From NCBI RefSeq assembly GCF_006345805.1, contig NC_042999.1, forward strand, positions 124,930,001 through 124,994,000: DNA of 64,000 nt, given 5' to 3'. A program made the position numbers and the translations under genes. Origin of the DNA: Octopus sinensis. Taxonomy: Eukaryota. The notes beneath the pieces are model-generated. The model was not told the origin of the DNA. It saw nothing but the letters and a program-made list of their open reading frames with translations, and made no database searches. This document shows positions 14,279 through 28,165 of the stretch, one piece after another; position 1 is the stretch's first letter; each line of letters begins with the position of its first letter.

Positions 14279-15013
14279 CTAAATTAAAATAATAAAAAAC
14301 AATTATGACAGAATACGACCAGAGTGTTGAAAACATACATCTGCATAAATTGAAGGGAAATAATCAACTGATTTCTAACCTAGTCACAAGACATTCAAAT
14401 TTGGTTGGCAGTGTACAGGTACCTATACTAAACTAGAATTTATCTTATTAAGTCCGTAAGGATCAAAGACAATATCATCCTCTGGTGACTTGAACTGAGG
14501 GCCTAAAGGGAGTGACCTAAATACTGGAGGCATTTCATCTGTCTCTCTAACAATTCTGCTAATCTACTGCCCTAATATGAAGAAAATTAGGAATACTGCA
14601 ACATATTTTCCAAGTGTACATCCTCTTTTGATAGTAGAGTAAAACGAGAATTTCACTGAGAACATAATGCTACTACAGTACTGCATTATTACTATCCTGT
14701 TTGATAACTCTAAAACCCATCAAATTGGGTTCAGTTAAACCATGGGGATGTGGCTATGTAGTAAGAAGCTTGCTTTTCACCACATGGTCCCAGGTTCAGT
14801 TCTCCTGCATGGCACCTAGTGCAAGTGTCTTGTACTAGAACCTCAAGCCAACCAAAACCTTGTGAGTGGATTTGGAAGATGGAAACTGAAAGAAACTCGT
14901 CATATGTGTGTGTGTGTGTGTGTCTGTGTTTGTTTACCACCACCAGTTGACAAGCAATGATGGTGTGTTTATGTCCTCATATGTTAGTGGTTCGGCAAAA
15001 GAGAACCAATAGA

Positions 15014-15419
15014 ATATATTCTGAGGAAGGGAGTGAATCACTCCCCTCCAGCTTGGCAAGACCAGTAGACCATGGTTTCTGGGTCTTTACCCATCATCAG
15101 TACTGGATACCTGCCTGCTAGAGATAGTAGTCAAATGTCCCTACTCACAATATATAAACAGAAAAGCGGTAGACAACCATTGATCTCATAACGAGCAAAG
15201 TAGCTAGCTCTAAAATCTCTAAACGAGATATAAGTAGTAACAATACTTGATGGTAACATTTTTTTTTTCCACTATAACATGGCTGTTCTAAACAGTACTG
15301 TGTTACTACATTTTAACTCCAGGAAAACATCTTTTCCAGCTGGTAAAGATCCAGAAACCATGGTCTACAGGTTTTGCCAAGCTGGAGGGGAGCAATTCGC
15401 TCCCTTATTCACAATATAT
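15014..15419. mobile_element. MITE with ~78-bp terminal inverted repeats
   Basis: 15014-15091 and 15342-15419 are near reverse complements. AT-rich (TATA) ends; truncates the SINE to its left. Confidence 0.8.
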
Positions 15420-15839
15420 CAGACACAGGTTGTGGGTCATTAACCAACAGTGGCAAAATATATACACACACACACACATGTATAAATATATACACAGACA
15501 GAGTAAAGCCTTGATTTAATGGAATCCAAGTTAATGGATCAAATAATAATACATTTATGAATAACTTTTTTTATTTTAAATCACTAACTGCATGCATGGA
15601 GTAAATTGAAGATAAAACGTTTTGAGAGAGAGAGGACTTTTTCACAGAGCAGAATGGGTGCAAGATGTATGGAATACAAGCAAGAAAAAGGAACAATAGC
15701 AAAATACTCTTCAACCACACACACAAAAGGAAAAGGAAAAATTATATATTCCTTATAACAATTTAACAGTTTTGTATTGCACACTTGTCTATAAAGTTAC
15801 CATAGTCAACAGTAATAATTGTATACAAACAGAACCTAC

Positions 15840-15917
15840 CTGAATCGGCTTTCCAATTCTTTCATAAAAATCACAATAGATATACCCTAACACTCCTTCT
15901 GTTCCATGAACTACAGC
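15840..15917 (-). CDS. MIPEP: MIPEP coding exon 12
   Basis: [26 protein letters not shown]. Confidence 0.95.
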
Positions 15918-16448
15918 CTAGAAAAAATAATGGATTATGTATTAGAAAACATAAATGAATGGTAATAAAATAGCAAGGCTCTGAACAATTGTTTTTTTTT
16001 TTTTTTTCTAAACAGAAATAGAATATATCCCTCTAAAAAGAGAGGGACATATTGAATAATGTAGCCCTTAAAATCCAATGATCAAGAGAAAGACAGAATG
16101 GTCATGATTGAAACTCCTTTGATGATAGGTCTGCTTAGTCAGAGCTGACTTGGACTCAACAATACAGAAGTTCCGTGAAAGCAATGATAAATGAAATTTA
16201 GAGAAGGAACGAGAGAGAAGAATAATGTCATGAATTTTTCAACCTAAAATTACACTGTATAGGGGTGTTTTGTGTGTAGATCCCGGATATAACATCCGTT
16301 TCTTTCTGTAACCCTCCAGTTTCTCATAAATTACCATCCTACTTATGTTAAATACACTTGATGATTCCATAAGAATTGAGTGCAAACAGGATTGGGCACT
16401 ACCACAAAGCCCTTTCAGCATTATAAACTAGAAAATATGTAAACTTAC

Positions 16449-16602
16449 CAATTTACAGACATCATATGACCATACCTCCCCATGCTCCACTTCCACAGGC
16501 TGAAGATGGACATCATATAAACATTTGAATAAATTATTAAGTCCTTCCATACAGCATCCCAGAGAGAAGTAAGCAAAGAGTTCAGTGTTGTTTACATTAC
16601 AC
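16449..16602 (-). CDS. MIPEP: MIPEP coding exon 11
   Basis: CNVNNTELFAYFSLGCCMEGLNNLFKCLYDVHLQPVEVEHGEVWSYDVCKL (YFSLG.CMEGL and GEVW motifs). Confidence 0.95.
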
Positions 16603-17677
16603 CTGCAAAAAATACATAAATTAATCAGTTGTTTATCCTACTACACTGTCTTTTGCGGGGCAGGGGGGTGTCTTTTGCTAGCCATATGACGAATACACTA
16701 TACTACCTTAGAATTCACATACAGGTAAATAAGAAAATTACCTACTATGGCTATTCTGAATATTTCATATGAAATATTCAATCATTATTCACTAAGTCAA
16801 TATAATAAGAAAGTGACCAAGACCTTTGGTAATATACCATGCTTGAGAAGACCTGTCAAGCCAGATGAGATCGCAGTCGTGACCAGTGCCAGTGTTTCAT
16901 AACTGGTACCCATGCCAGTGGTACATAAAAAACACCCACTACTCTCCTGGAGTGGCTGGCATTAGGAAGGGCATCCAGCTGTAGAAACCATGCCAAATCA
17001 GAATGGAACCTGGTGCAGCTGCCCATCTTGCCAGTTTTCAGTCAAACTGTCCAACCCATGCCAGCAAGAAAAACAGACATATGATGATGATGATGATGAT
17101 GACACCAGCTGCCAAGCAAGTGATTTCCATATCATTAGGAGTTCTCTACACATACTTTATTAGTTTTATTATGAGGTTTTCTAAATATGTTAGAATATTT
17201 CAACTAGCTTGCTGGAGATTTTGTGAATTAATAACAATAATGTTTAATCTACCCAATCAAATATGAAATATTTAGAATTGTATCAAATTTTAAAAGATTT
17301 TTAGATTAGCTAATGTGACACTGCACCTGTCAGATAGTGTGAAAATGATTAATAGTAAACCGTTTCTAGGGCAACCAATTGTTGCATCATTGGGTATGGC
17401 ATCTCAGATGTTGTACTTTATATAAGAGAATCTTATGAAACTTTACAAAAACAAATGCAGCAATTACAAAGCATGTAACGTGCATAGACTTAGGAACAAG
17501 GAGTACAAGTGCACCTCCTAAAAGTTGCGATGGGAGCAATGAAAATGCTTTGAACATCTTGAGTTGGACCTAGGTTTGCACCCACTAAGCTAATTTTGTA
17601 CCCACACTTATGATAATGTTAATGTAATATGGAGTTTTAAGAAAAATTAGTAATTATGAGTACATTAATTACTAATA

Positions 17678-18110
17678 GGCATAGGAGTGGCTGTGTGGTA
17701 AGTAGCTTGCTTACCAACCACATGGTTCAGGGTTCAGTCCCACTGTGTGGCACCTTGGGCAAGTGTCTTCTACTATAGCCTTGGGCCAACCAAAGCCTTG
17801 TGAGTGGAATTGGGAGATGAAAACTGAAAGAAGCCCGTTGTGTGTATATATATATATATATGTGTGTGTGTGTATGTATGTATGTGTGTGTTTGTGTGTG
17901 TCCCCACCCCCACAACATCACTTGACAACCGATGCTGGTGTGTTTACGTCCCCGTAACTTAGCGGTTCGGAAAAAGAGACCGATAGAATAAGTACTAGGC
18001 TTACAAAGAATAAGTCTTGGGGTCAATTTGCTCAACTAAAAGCGGTGCTCCAGCATGGCCACAGTCAAATGACTGAAACAAGTAAAAGAGTAAAAGAGAG
18101 AGTAAAGAGT
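17678..18110 (+). mobile_element. tRNA-derived SINE, full length
   Basis: A box TGGCTGTGTGG, B box GGGTTCAGTCCC, internal (TA)/(TG) tract and (GTAAAAGA)n tail. Many partial copies elsewhere in the window. Confidence 0.85.
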
Positions 18111-18596
18111 AATAGTTAATACAAAATTCAGAAAAATACAATTTAAGTGCTCTTTTAGTGAAAAATATACAATTTACTATGACATCATCATTTAACATCT
18201 GTAGTCTATGCTGGCATGGTTTGACCAGAGCTGGCAAGCCAGAGAGCTGCACCAGACTCCAGTCTGTTTTGGCCTGGTTTTTACAGTTGGATGTCCTTCC
18301 TAATGCCAACCACTTTACAGAGTGTACTGGGTGCTTTTACATTGCACTGCATGGATGCTTTTATGCAGCACCACACGGGCACTTTTACGTTGCGCCACAC
18401 AGGCGCTTTCACATGGCACCTCAAGAGCACATTTTATGTGACAATATATACAATTAATAAGTTCAAGCATCAGCTTTGATTATCAAAACAAAACCTTTTG
18501 ATTGAAACCAAGTGAGATTCAAAGCCAGTTAAAATAATAAAATAATTATTATTAATCATCAAACGAGCAGTAAACAATTTAAACATGATATATTAC

Positions 18597-18652
18597 CTTT
18601 CTTGTCTACTAAGTGCTGTATAATAAGGTGGGTCCCAGGGTTTCACAGTACA
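18597..18652 (-). CDS. MIPEP: MIPEP coding exon 10
   Basis: CTVKPWDPPYYTALSRQE(R), with the PWD..YY motif. Confidence 0.93.
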
Positions 18653-18734
18653 CTGAAAGAGAATAGAACATTTAGGATTTCCTAAACAAGTTCAATGAAA
18701 TTATAATTACTTCCAAGTATAAAATATAACAATA

Positions 18735-19200
18735 ATAGTTTCAAATTTTGGCACAAGGCCAGCAACTTTGGAGGGATGTCAGTAGCTTACATCAACCCCA
18801 GTATCTAACTGGTACTTATTTTATCAACCCCGACAAGGATGAAAGCCAAAATCGACCTCAGTGGAATTTGAACTCAGAACGCAAAGACAGATGAAATACC
18901 ACTAAACATTTTCCCAGTGTACTGACAATACTGCTGGCATGCTGTCTTAATAATAATAATAATAATAATAATAAACAATGATGATAATGAATAATAATGG
19001 CTTCAAATTTTGGCACAAGTCCAGCAAGTTTAGAGGTGGAGGTAAGTCGATTACATCGACCCCAGTGGTGCTTATTTTATCTACCTTAAAGGGATGAAAA
19101 GCAAAGTTGACCTCAGCAGAACTTGAACTCAATACATAAAGATGGACAAAATGCCGCTAAGCATTTTGCCTGGTGTGCTAATGGTTCTACCGGCTAGCCA
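18735..19200 (-). mobile_element. Two tandem decayed Nin/Deu-domain SINEs
   Basis: GAGGTCRAYTTTGCYTTTCATCCTTT core on the - strand twice, separated by an (AAT)n tract. Confidence 0.65.
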
Positions 19201-20867
19201 ACTAAATAATAATCATCATCGTTTAATGTCTGCTTTCCATGCTGGCATGGGTTGGACAGTCTGACTGAGGGCTGGCAAGCTGAAAGGCTGCACCAGGCTC
19301 CAATCTGATCTGGCAAAGTTTCTACAGCTGGATGCCCTTCCTAATGCCAACCACTCTGAGAGTGTAGTGGGTGCTTTTTACATACCATTGGCATAAGGGC
19401 CAGTCAGGCAGTACTGGCATCAACCACGCTTGAATGGTGCTTTTTACATGCCACTGGCAACGACCATGCTCAAATGATGCTTTTTACATGCCACCAGCAT
19501 GGGACCAGTCACAAAAATAAAGATGAAGGTAAATTTTAAGAGTATAAGAATGGTACCAGTAATTATGAATGGTAATGTGTAGAGAGGATAAAAGACAAAA
19601 TGGTTGCTCATAGTGATGGTAATAAAACAGAAATATTTGCAGTGATGTTGAGACATTTCAGCTTATGACATCAACTTTTTGTAGTATATGTTAAAGTACT
19701 TCTATATAGACATTCCACCCACTCAATGTAGTAACAAAATTTCCCTCCATAAATTCCCAATTCTTTTTAAAATGGAGATTTCTATTATAAGTCCTAAATC
19801 TAAAGATAGCATGCTCAATAATCAAAATAGGAGGTCATGGCCACGACAACATCTGAATAATGAAATTTAAAACAAACCAACATACTACAATCTTATATCT
19901 ACAGTGACTCCTAAACAATGAATTGGTTCTCTCAATGTTCCAGCATCTCTTGAACGAAGTTGACTGAAGCTACTTAACAATAACAACTTTCATTCATAAG
20001 CAAAAATAAAATTATCCATTACTCTATTAAGAAAGTTATCATCATCACTCTATCAACATCAAGCTTAACCATCTTATCTTGATTAAATTCTTAAATCAAG
20101 CATTTAATACCTGAGTTAGGTAACCAAAGTCAACTGCTGCTTCAACAAAAAACACAATAACCCTTTAGCATTCAAACTGGCCAAATCAGGCCCAAATATT
20201 CTACCTGTTTTATGTTCAAACCAGCTAGTTCAGGCCTTTCACACCGACTATACAATGTCATTCTAAAAATAAATGATCTTCAAAATCTCAAATGCATGAT
20301 TAATTCAAAATTTATTTATCTAGTGATGCTGCTTAAACAGATTCTCATGACTCTCTACCACCACTCAGTTCTATTTGAATTGGGAGCTTGAGTCACAATG
20401 AATCTTTCATTAGCTGATTACACAGCCACAGACACTGCCCCTGTAGATGCATTGCAGTTCCTCTCTTGATACAGCTTGGTGATTCTGACCACTGATGTTC
20501 TAGGATTCCTCTGCACAACATCAATGTAAGATGCACTATAGACTCAGTTGAGCTCTTCCATTGCCTATTTACAACCCACCATACTGCAGACTTCACCACA
20601 TCCCTGGCAGGGTGGCTGAGTGAGTGAAACAAACCCCTAACTATGCAGGGCATGGCTGCCATTTTGTAAGATATTTTCAAAATATCCACATACCCGTATA
20701 ATGTGAATAAATAATAATTGCATTTAACAGAGAAATCTGAATGCTAAAAGGATAAAGCATGACATATTTTGCTTGATACTAGGTTGCAAACATCTCCAAT
20801 CTAGCCCACTTCATTGCATTTCCAAACACACCATCAGATATTTAATCAACCAGGGTAATATACTTAC

Positions 20868-20931
20868 TGACTGAGGATTAGAGGAGTACTGCATTTTCAA
20901 CTTTAATATAGCACTGTAATCTTCATCAGCT
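20868..20931 (-). CDS. MIPEP: MIPEP coding exon 9
   Basis: ADEDYSAILKLKMQYSSNPQS; AAG acceptor, gtaagt donor, phases fit both neighbours. Confidence 0.82.
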
Positions 20932-21689
20932 CTTGAAAAAATAATAGTAACATTAATTTAATGTCTCAAAATGTCCATTCCTACATTCAACAGATTTCTC
21001 TAAAATTAATCAGCTACTTCTCTTCCTCACTCACTCCTGATCATTCCATGATGTGATGGTCAAGCCAACAACAGAGCCCCTAGTTGGTCACATGATATGC
21101 TGAAAATAGCAGCCAAATATCTCTCAAATTACACTCTACTGTCTTAAAAAAAAGAGAGGATGTGTACATTAAATAATATTCTGGTTAGGGAAAAATAAGA
21201 TGGGATGGTCACAGATGGAATACTTTTGATTACATGGCTGTTCAATCAGGACTGATCTGAGGCTAAACAACAACAATAACATTAATAGTTATGGGATTTT
21301 TCGTGTGGGAGTGAGGTAACAGGAACATATTAACTATTCTAGTTTATAGCAAATACTATAAATTACAACTTCTGAAACACATCTCATCATAAAAATTCTA
21401 GATTCAGAATTGTTATCTGACAGAAATGGTTAGAGAGGACTGTAAATATGTCATTATTAAAGATACAAATATGTTATTTGTTTGTCAATTAAAAAAAAAA
21501 ACTCTTTCAATATCACCTTCAACATCAACAAAAGTAACAATGATTTATGATTCATTTTCTCACGTAGCATGTATTTGACACATCTGCATTATGCATAAAG
21601 CAAATTATTACATTAACTGTATGAACACTACAAAACTATTAGTGAAAATATAGAAAAATTATTATTTTAACAAACAATTAAGTACTAAC

Positions 21690-21738
21690 TTTTTCGAAAC
21701 TTCTTTGGCAAGAGTTTCCAGAAAGTTCATAACATTAA
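21690..21738 (-). CDS. MIPEP: MIPEP coding exon 8
   Basis: NVMNFLETLAKEVSK(K); cag/gttagt. Confidence 0.88.
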
Positions 21739-21882
21739 CTGAAACAGATAAGTAAAAAGCATTTCTGAATAGAATAAACAAAAAAAAATATGACTAAACA
21801 AAATCTCTAATTTACTGAACAGTGAAAACCCTATTTACAGATAATATATATACTGCCTTTAGGAAATGTTACATGACTCTAC

Positions 21883-23035
21883 ATCATCATCATCATTATC
21901 ATCGTTTAACGTCCGCTTTCCATGCTAGCATGGGTTGGACGGTTCAACTGGGGTCTGGGGAGCCCGAAGGCTGCACCAGGCCAGTCAGATCTGGCAGTGC
22001 CCTTCCTAACACCAACCACTCCGAGAGTGTAGTGGGTGATTTTATGTGCCACCGACACAGGTGCCAGACGAGGCTGGCGAACGGCCACGCTCGGATGGTG
22101 TTTTTATGTGCCACCGACACAGGTGCCAGATGAGGCTGGCAGACGGCCACGCTCGGATGGTGTTTTTATGTGCCACCGACACAGGTGCCAGACGAGGCTG
22201 GCAGACGGCCACGCTCGGATGGTGTTTTTATGTGCCACCGACACAGGTGCCAGACGAGGCTGGCAGACGGCCACGCTCGGATGGTGTTTTTATGTGCCAC
22301 CGACACAGGTGCCAGACGAGGCTGGCAGACGGCCACGCTCGGACGGTGTTTGTTACGTGCCCACAGCATGGAGGCCAGTCGATGCGGTACTGGCTACGGT
22401 CCCGTTCGGATGGTTTTCTTATGTGCCACCGGCACTGGTACCACAAGGATACAAATTCCATTGATGTTCATCTATTTTGATTTGGTTTGACTTGATTCGA
22501 TTTGACTTTGATTTGATTTGCCTCAACAGGTCTTCACAAGTGTCACAAGCAGGAAGGTATGCACAGGCGGACTGACTACGTCCCAGGTAGGGGCCACGGG
22601 TTATGGCTTCACTAGTCTTGCCGGGTCTTCTCACGCACAGCATACTTCCATAGGTCTCGGTCTCTAGTCATTTCCATGGTGAGACCTAACGTTCGAAGGT
22701 CGTGCTTCACCACCTCGTCCCAGGTTTTCCTGGGTCTACCTCTTCCACGGGTTCCCTCAACTGCTAGGGATTGGCACTTTCTCACTCACCTATCTTCATC
22801 CATTCTCGCCACATGACCATACCAGCGCAATCGTCTCTCTTGCACGCAACAACTGATGCTTCTTATGTACAACATTTCTCTTAGGGAACTAACACTCTGT
22901 CGAGTAAGTACACTGATATTACACATCCATCGGAGCATACTGGCTTCATTCCTCATGAGCTTACGCATGTCCTCAGCAGTCACGGCCCATGTTTCACTGC
23001 CATGTAGCATGGCAGTTCGAACACATGCATCATAC
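21883..23035 (-). mobile_element. 5'-truncated RTE LINE (ORF C-terminus, 3' UTR with tandem array, GAT tail)
   Basis: YDACVRTAMLHGSETWA...RRLRWYGHVARMDEDR is typical of the RTE-clade C-terminus; (GAT)n tail. Confidence 0.85.
22041..22350. repeat. 62-bp tandem repeat, 5 near-identical copies
   Basis: Unit tttatgtgccaccgacacaggtgccagacgaggctggcagacggccacgctcggatggtgtt at 62-bp spacing. Confidence 0.9.
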
Positions 23036-25054
23036 ATATTTCATTTTACTTAGTAAAAAAAAAAAAATAATGACGATGATGATGTTCTAAAGTGCCTAGC
23101 ACAAAAAATCATATGCAAATATCAAAATTTACAAAATTTATATCACCATGATAAAAACAAACTGAATCTAGTGCTGAGAAAAAATTAAAAATCAAAATGC
23201 GGGGTAACAATTCAAAAAATTCAAAAATTACACTAAAATTTCAATCCTTATAAGAACTTTTAGAAGCTGAAATTATAAAATGACAATCACTAGGATTGAT
23301 GTTTTTTGTTCCCCAGTATAAAGGAATCAACCAAAAAAAAAAAAAAGAAAGAAATTGCCAAATCAACTGTACTATTTAAAATAAAGTTCTTATGAGGGCA
23401 TTGAGAAAATCATTTATATATTTACATATAATTCAATATAGATATGATGCTCAAAAAAGCCAATAATGAAAAGCTTTCTATTAAGTTACAGTACTGTCTG
23501 GCATACAAACTAAATTTTCTAGCACAAAATTTACAGCCAAAGAGGAAAAAAAAAAGTAGATCAACTTATATGCTAAAATGATTTTAGAGGATCAAAAGCT
23601 TCATGTAAAATGTAGCATAATTTGGAAAGATAGCAACGATGTTTGAATGTTTACACTATATGTTTACAACATATATGTTGACTTGTATGCTGGAAAATAC
23701 AGTATGAACAAAAGTAGATCTGAACATTAGTATATTTCATCCTCCCACATTGTGAGTGACTGCTTTACAATAACCTGAACTAATTGTCTTCTTCCTCCAT
23801 CTCTCTGCATTTTCATACATTATAACATCAATGTTTCACTTGAAAACCACAGTTAACACTAACCTACATTCTTAACCCACTAACAGCCACTGATTGAACA
23901 GTACTTCAAAGTTTGAAAGCAATAAATGAAAGAGTTGTGAGATGACTTAGTAAGGTTATCAGTTTTCAGATTTTTAACCTCATCTGTACATTTGCACAAT
24001 ATTTCAATCTGTTTCACCTCTGATCATTATCAGGTGTTTTATTTCTGACTCTGTATAATATTCCAGATTGGATTAAGTAATTTTAATGTAGTGTAAATGT
24101 AAATACTGTAGATATTCATTTACAAGGTATAGTGAATAATCTGAAACATTACCACTTTTACAAGTAGAGTGAATTTTGCAAAATTTTCAATAAGTTTACA
24201 ACTTATTGAAACAAGTATTTCATAGCTTATTAACTTCCATTGCCCTCATGCTTTCCGAAATCCACCGAAACTACACCTGATTATATATACACTTTAGATG
24301 AGTTGTAGTGCACCTGAGCACTGTACACAATTATTATTATTATTATTATTATTAAAGTAACAAGTGAAACGTAAATGACATTGCTTTTCAACTGTGCATG
24401 TAAGAGAAATGTAAGTTTATGAAACAATTTGAATTCATAATTCTGTTGTGTAATCTAAACTAACAACTGAACTGACAATGAAAAGATCCTAGCATTAGTT
24501 TCTATGTATGAGTCTTTCCATTGTTGGTTTCAAGGCGAGTGTACCAGTTGTTTGACCAACAGAAATACCTATTCATTTTAAATTTAGCCAGTACAGATAA
24601 TTTGCCAATGGACTTGTACACATCAATCTACCTAATTTCCCTTACAAGGCTAAACATTCACTCCTAAGATAAGGAAGAAAATTTATATTATACATAACAA
24701 TGATAAATACCTCCACATACTACAGATGTATTTAGCTACTACTACTTAGTTCTAGATCCATTAAAATTTAGTAATCGAGAGGAGCAAGAATTCTGCATGA
24801 ATAAGATGACAGTTTATTACATGTAACATACCCATAATGGTGTTTAGTCTCTACAAACAGATGAACGGAGATATATAAAATTAAGAATGGCTTGTCTAAT
24901 GGCATTACAGAAAACCTTCAGCAGATATGAACTCATAATCCATAAGTTGGTAGTGCAATACTATATCCATTCAGCTATTTCATTTCTCCTTGCCTGTTTA
25001 GAACATATAAGAATAATAAGGTATACTAATAACGTTTTTTAAATGTGCTTTTAC

Positions 25055-25211
25055 CAGGATTGTCTGCTAAGGTTCCTCTTAGTGAACGGTGAGCATATGT
25101 TGGGAATCCAACGAGCTGAGCTAATGCATATCGAGCATTTAGTAATGCATCCAGCAGTTCATTTTGGTGTTTGTTGTTTTGTAAAAAGATTTTGTAAGCA
25201 GCTTCTCGGAC
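25055..25211 (-). CDS. MIPEP: MIPEP coding exon 7
   Basis: VREAAYKIFLQNNKHQNELLDALLNARYALAQLVGFPTYAHRSLRGTLADNP. Confidence 0.95.
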
Positions 25212-25559
25212 CTGTAACAAGAAAAGATTAAGATGGACATTTACTACAATTATAAACAACAATTATTTTCAATGTGACATATGTCTAAATAACATAAATG
25301 CAACAATATATAATAACTGGCTTTTACTTTTTACTTGTTTCAGCCATTGCAGTGCAGTCATGCTGCAGCATAGCTTTGAATGGCTTTAATCAAACAGATT
25401 GAACCCCAATACTTATTTTTGAAGTCTGGTATTTACTCTATCAGTTTCTTTTGTCAAGATTCCACATTGCAGAGACTTAAACCAATAATGGTTGTCAAGC
25501 ACATAGCAGGGGGTGACAAACACAGACACAAAGACACACACATACATAGATATGTTATA

Positions 25560-25881
25560 CAGATACCAAACCTCTTATCCAGCAACCTTGGGATCAGAGG
25601 TGGTCCAGATTTCTGGATTTTCAGGATTTCTGGACACAGACTAAATATATATAAAAAATATAAAATAAACAATGAAAAGTAAAGAACAAAATTGTATAAC
25701 ATATACAAATTTATACATTTCTAAAGCAGGGTCTGTTTGATCTAGCGTTGTATGATGCATAAGCCATGGACACCAAAACAAAGCGGCCACACTGCAAACT
25801 ACTACAGACCATGAAATTCAAAGCTAGCTAGTTCCAGAAATAGCCGGATTTCTGGATTCTGGATAAGGGGTTTGGTACCTG
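25560..25881. mobile_element. Tc1/mariner (pogo/Tigger-like) MITE nested in a SINE
   Basis: TIRs CAGRTACCAAACCYCTTATCCAG, TA target duplication, SINE sequence on both sides. Confidence 0.8.
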
Positions 25882-28165
25882 TATAACAAGTTTCTGCACA
25901 GCTTTCGTCTACTAAATTCACTTACAAGGTATTGGTTGGCCAGAGCTACAGTAGAAAACACTTGCCTCAAGTGCCATGCAGTAGGACTGAACCCAAAGCC
26001 ACATGGTTGCAAAGTAAGCTTTTTAACTACAATGAAAACTAATATGTGACACATTGAGTTTACAGCCTACTGCAGATACCGTTGGTGGGGGGAGGAATCA
26101 ATTACATCAACCCTAGTATTTTAAAGGTACTTATTTTATCAACCTTGAATGGATGAAAGGCAAAGTTGACGGTAACAGAATTTGAGCTCAGAATGTAAAG
26201 ATGAATGAGATGCCATTAACTCTTTAGCATAAATTTTACCTTCTCCAATTTAATATCAACCCATCTGATAAGTCTCATATACTAAAGAAAATTAGAATCT
26301 TCATAATGGCCAAGCCAGTTTTGCACCATGGTGAAGCATAGACTACACCAGTCATATGTAAAAATATCAATATTAATATGACTAGATTCTCATACACAGA
26401 TATTATCTATTAATAGTATTGTCATATATCAACAGCACAGGTTCATTATCATATCTTTATACTGTAATATTGTAATATATTGATTAAAACAATGTCATAC
26501 ATAGCCTTCATGCTGTAACACCTTCTAGTCAAGAGATGTATGGATGAGAGTGAATGAGACAATCATCATCATCATCATCGTTTTAACGTCCGTTCTCCAT
26601 GCTAGCATGGGTTGGACGGTTCGACCGGGGATCTGGGAAGCCAGAAGACTGCACCAGGCTCCAGTCTTATCTGGCAATGTTTCTACAGCTGGATGCCCTT
26701 CCTAACGCCAACCACTCTGTGAGTGTAGTAGGTGCTTTTTACGTGCCACCTGCACAGGTGCCAGGCGAGGCTGGCAACAGCCACGGTCGGATTGGTGTAT
26801 TTTATGTGCCACCAGCACGGAAGCCAGTCGAGGCGGTGCTGGCATCGGCCACGAGTCAGATAGTGCTTTTTACGTACCACCAGACCAGGGATCCTGGCTG
26901 GTTCAATTCGATTTCGCTTGCCCCAACATGTCTTCGCAAGCAAAGGGGGTTGGCATGGGTGCCTGTCGTACGGTCGGATTGGTGTATTTTACGTGCCACC
27001 GGCACGGAAGCCAGTCGAGGCGGCGCTGGCATCGGCCACGAGTCGGATAGTGCTTTTTACGTACCACCAGACCAGGGATCCTGGCTGGTTCAATTCGATT
27101 TCGATTATAAATACAAATATAATAGACCTCTATTTGAAACGCTACCAGCTTAAATGAAATATCACAGTAACATCTATTTCTTTTCAGTTAAGTTGACTGG
27201 GACAACTAAAATAACATACTTTTTGAAAAGGCACAAATTAATGCCTCTGAATGGGTTGAACTCTTAGGTCATCAATCACTAAACTGTAAGAGCATTACAA
27301 TAGTTTTTAATTTCGTATTTTAATATTGTTTTTAAAAGTAAGTGTGACTATATATTTTCATACAGTTTTGATATACTTTTAATACATGTTTATATCAATA
27401 TATTTTTAATGTATTTTTAATATATTTTGAGCATATGTATATATATCATCATCATCATTTAACGTCCACTTTCCATGCTGGCATGGGTTGGACGGTTCAA
27501 CTGGGGTCTGGGAAGCCAGAAGGCTGCACCAGGCCCAGTCTGATCTGGCAGTGTTTCTACAGCTTGATGCCCTTCCTAATGCCAACCACTCCATGAGTGT
27601 AGTGGGTGCTTTTTACGTGCCACTGGCACAGGTGCCAGACAGCCACGATCAGATGGTGCTTTTTACATGCCACCGGCACGGGGACCAGACGAAGCTGGCA
27701 TTATATATATATATATATATATATATATTTAGCACATAATCTGGTGCATATGATTTTAAAACTGAATATATTTTGACAACTTATCCTTTGTCTCTCTTTA
27801 GTATTTCTCTATTTTTCTATAACTCAGTTACAATGAGTGCTTTGATGTGACCTATATATAGAGATAATTCTGTCTCTAAAAAATATCACATGATTGCCTT
27901 CATTTGGGGATCACCAATACTTTATTATCTCCCCTTCCTCCCAGCTCTCCTGTCTAACTACCTTTGTCCAACCAGTCGCCATGATTGACCGCTAAATCCA
28001 CAAGTTTTTTTTTTTTATTCTCTCTCTGTTTATATCCTCAAGTTCCTTTTTGTTGAAGAGCGTAGGCTTGGAACGTAAAAGACTTTCTCACCTTCCCAAG
28101 CGTCAAACTAATACATCGGCATGTTGTTATACACCTGTTTTCATTTTTGTTTTTCTGTAAAATTC

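Noticed and set aside
17678-17750. tRNA gene
   Set aside because: The A/B boxes belong to a SINE head; no complete cloverleaf.
20932-20934. Non-canonical or U12 introns in MIPEP
   Set aside because: All inferred introns are GT-AG. Two use the less common AAG acceptor (here and 36626-36628), and none has an RTATCCTT donor.
22041-22460. CRISPR-like repeat-spacer appearance
   Set aside because: Eukaryotic context, no cas genes, spacers identical or related, and the array lies within an RTE LINE 3' UTR.
21822-22643. Many overlapping 60-144 aa ORFs (also at 4172-4600, 26599-27157, 34441-34795)
   Set aside because: By-products of GC-richer RTE 3' UTR repeats; no protein motifs.
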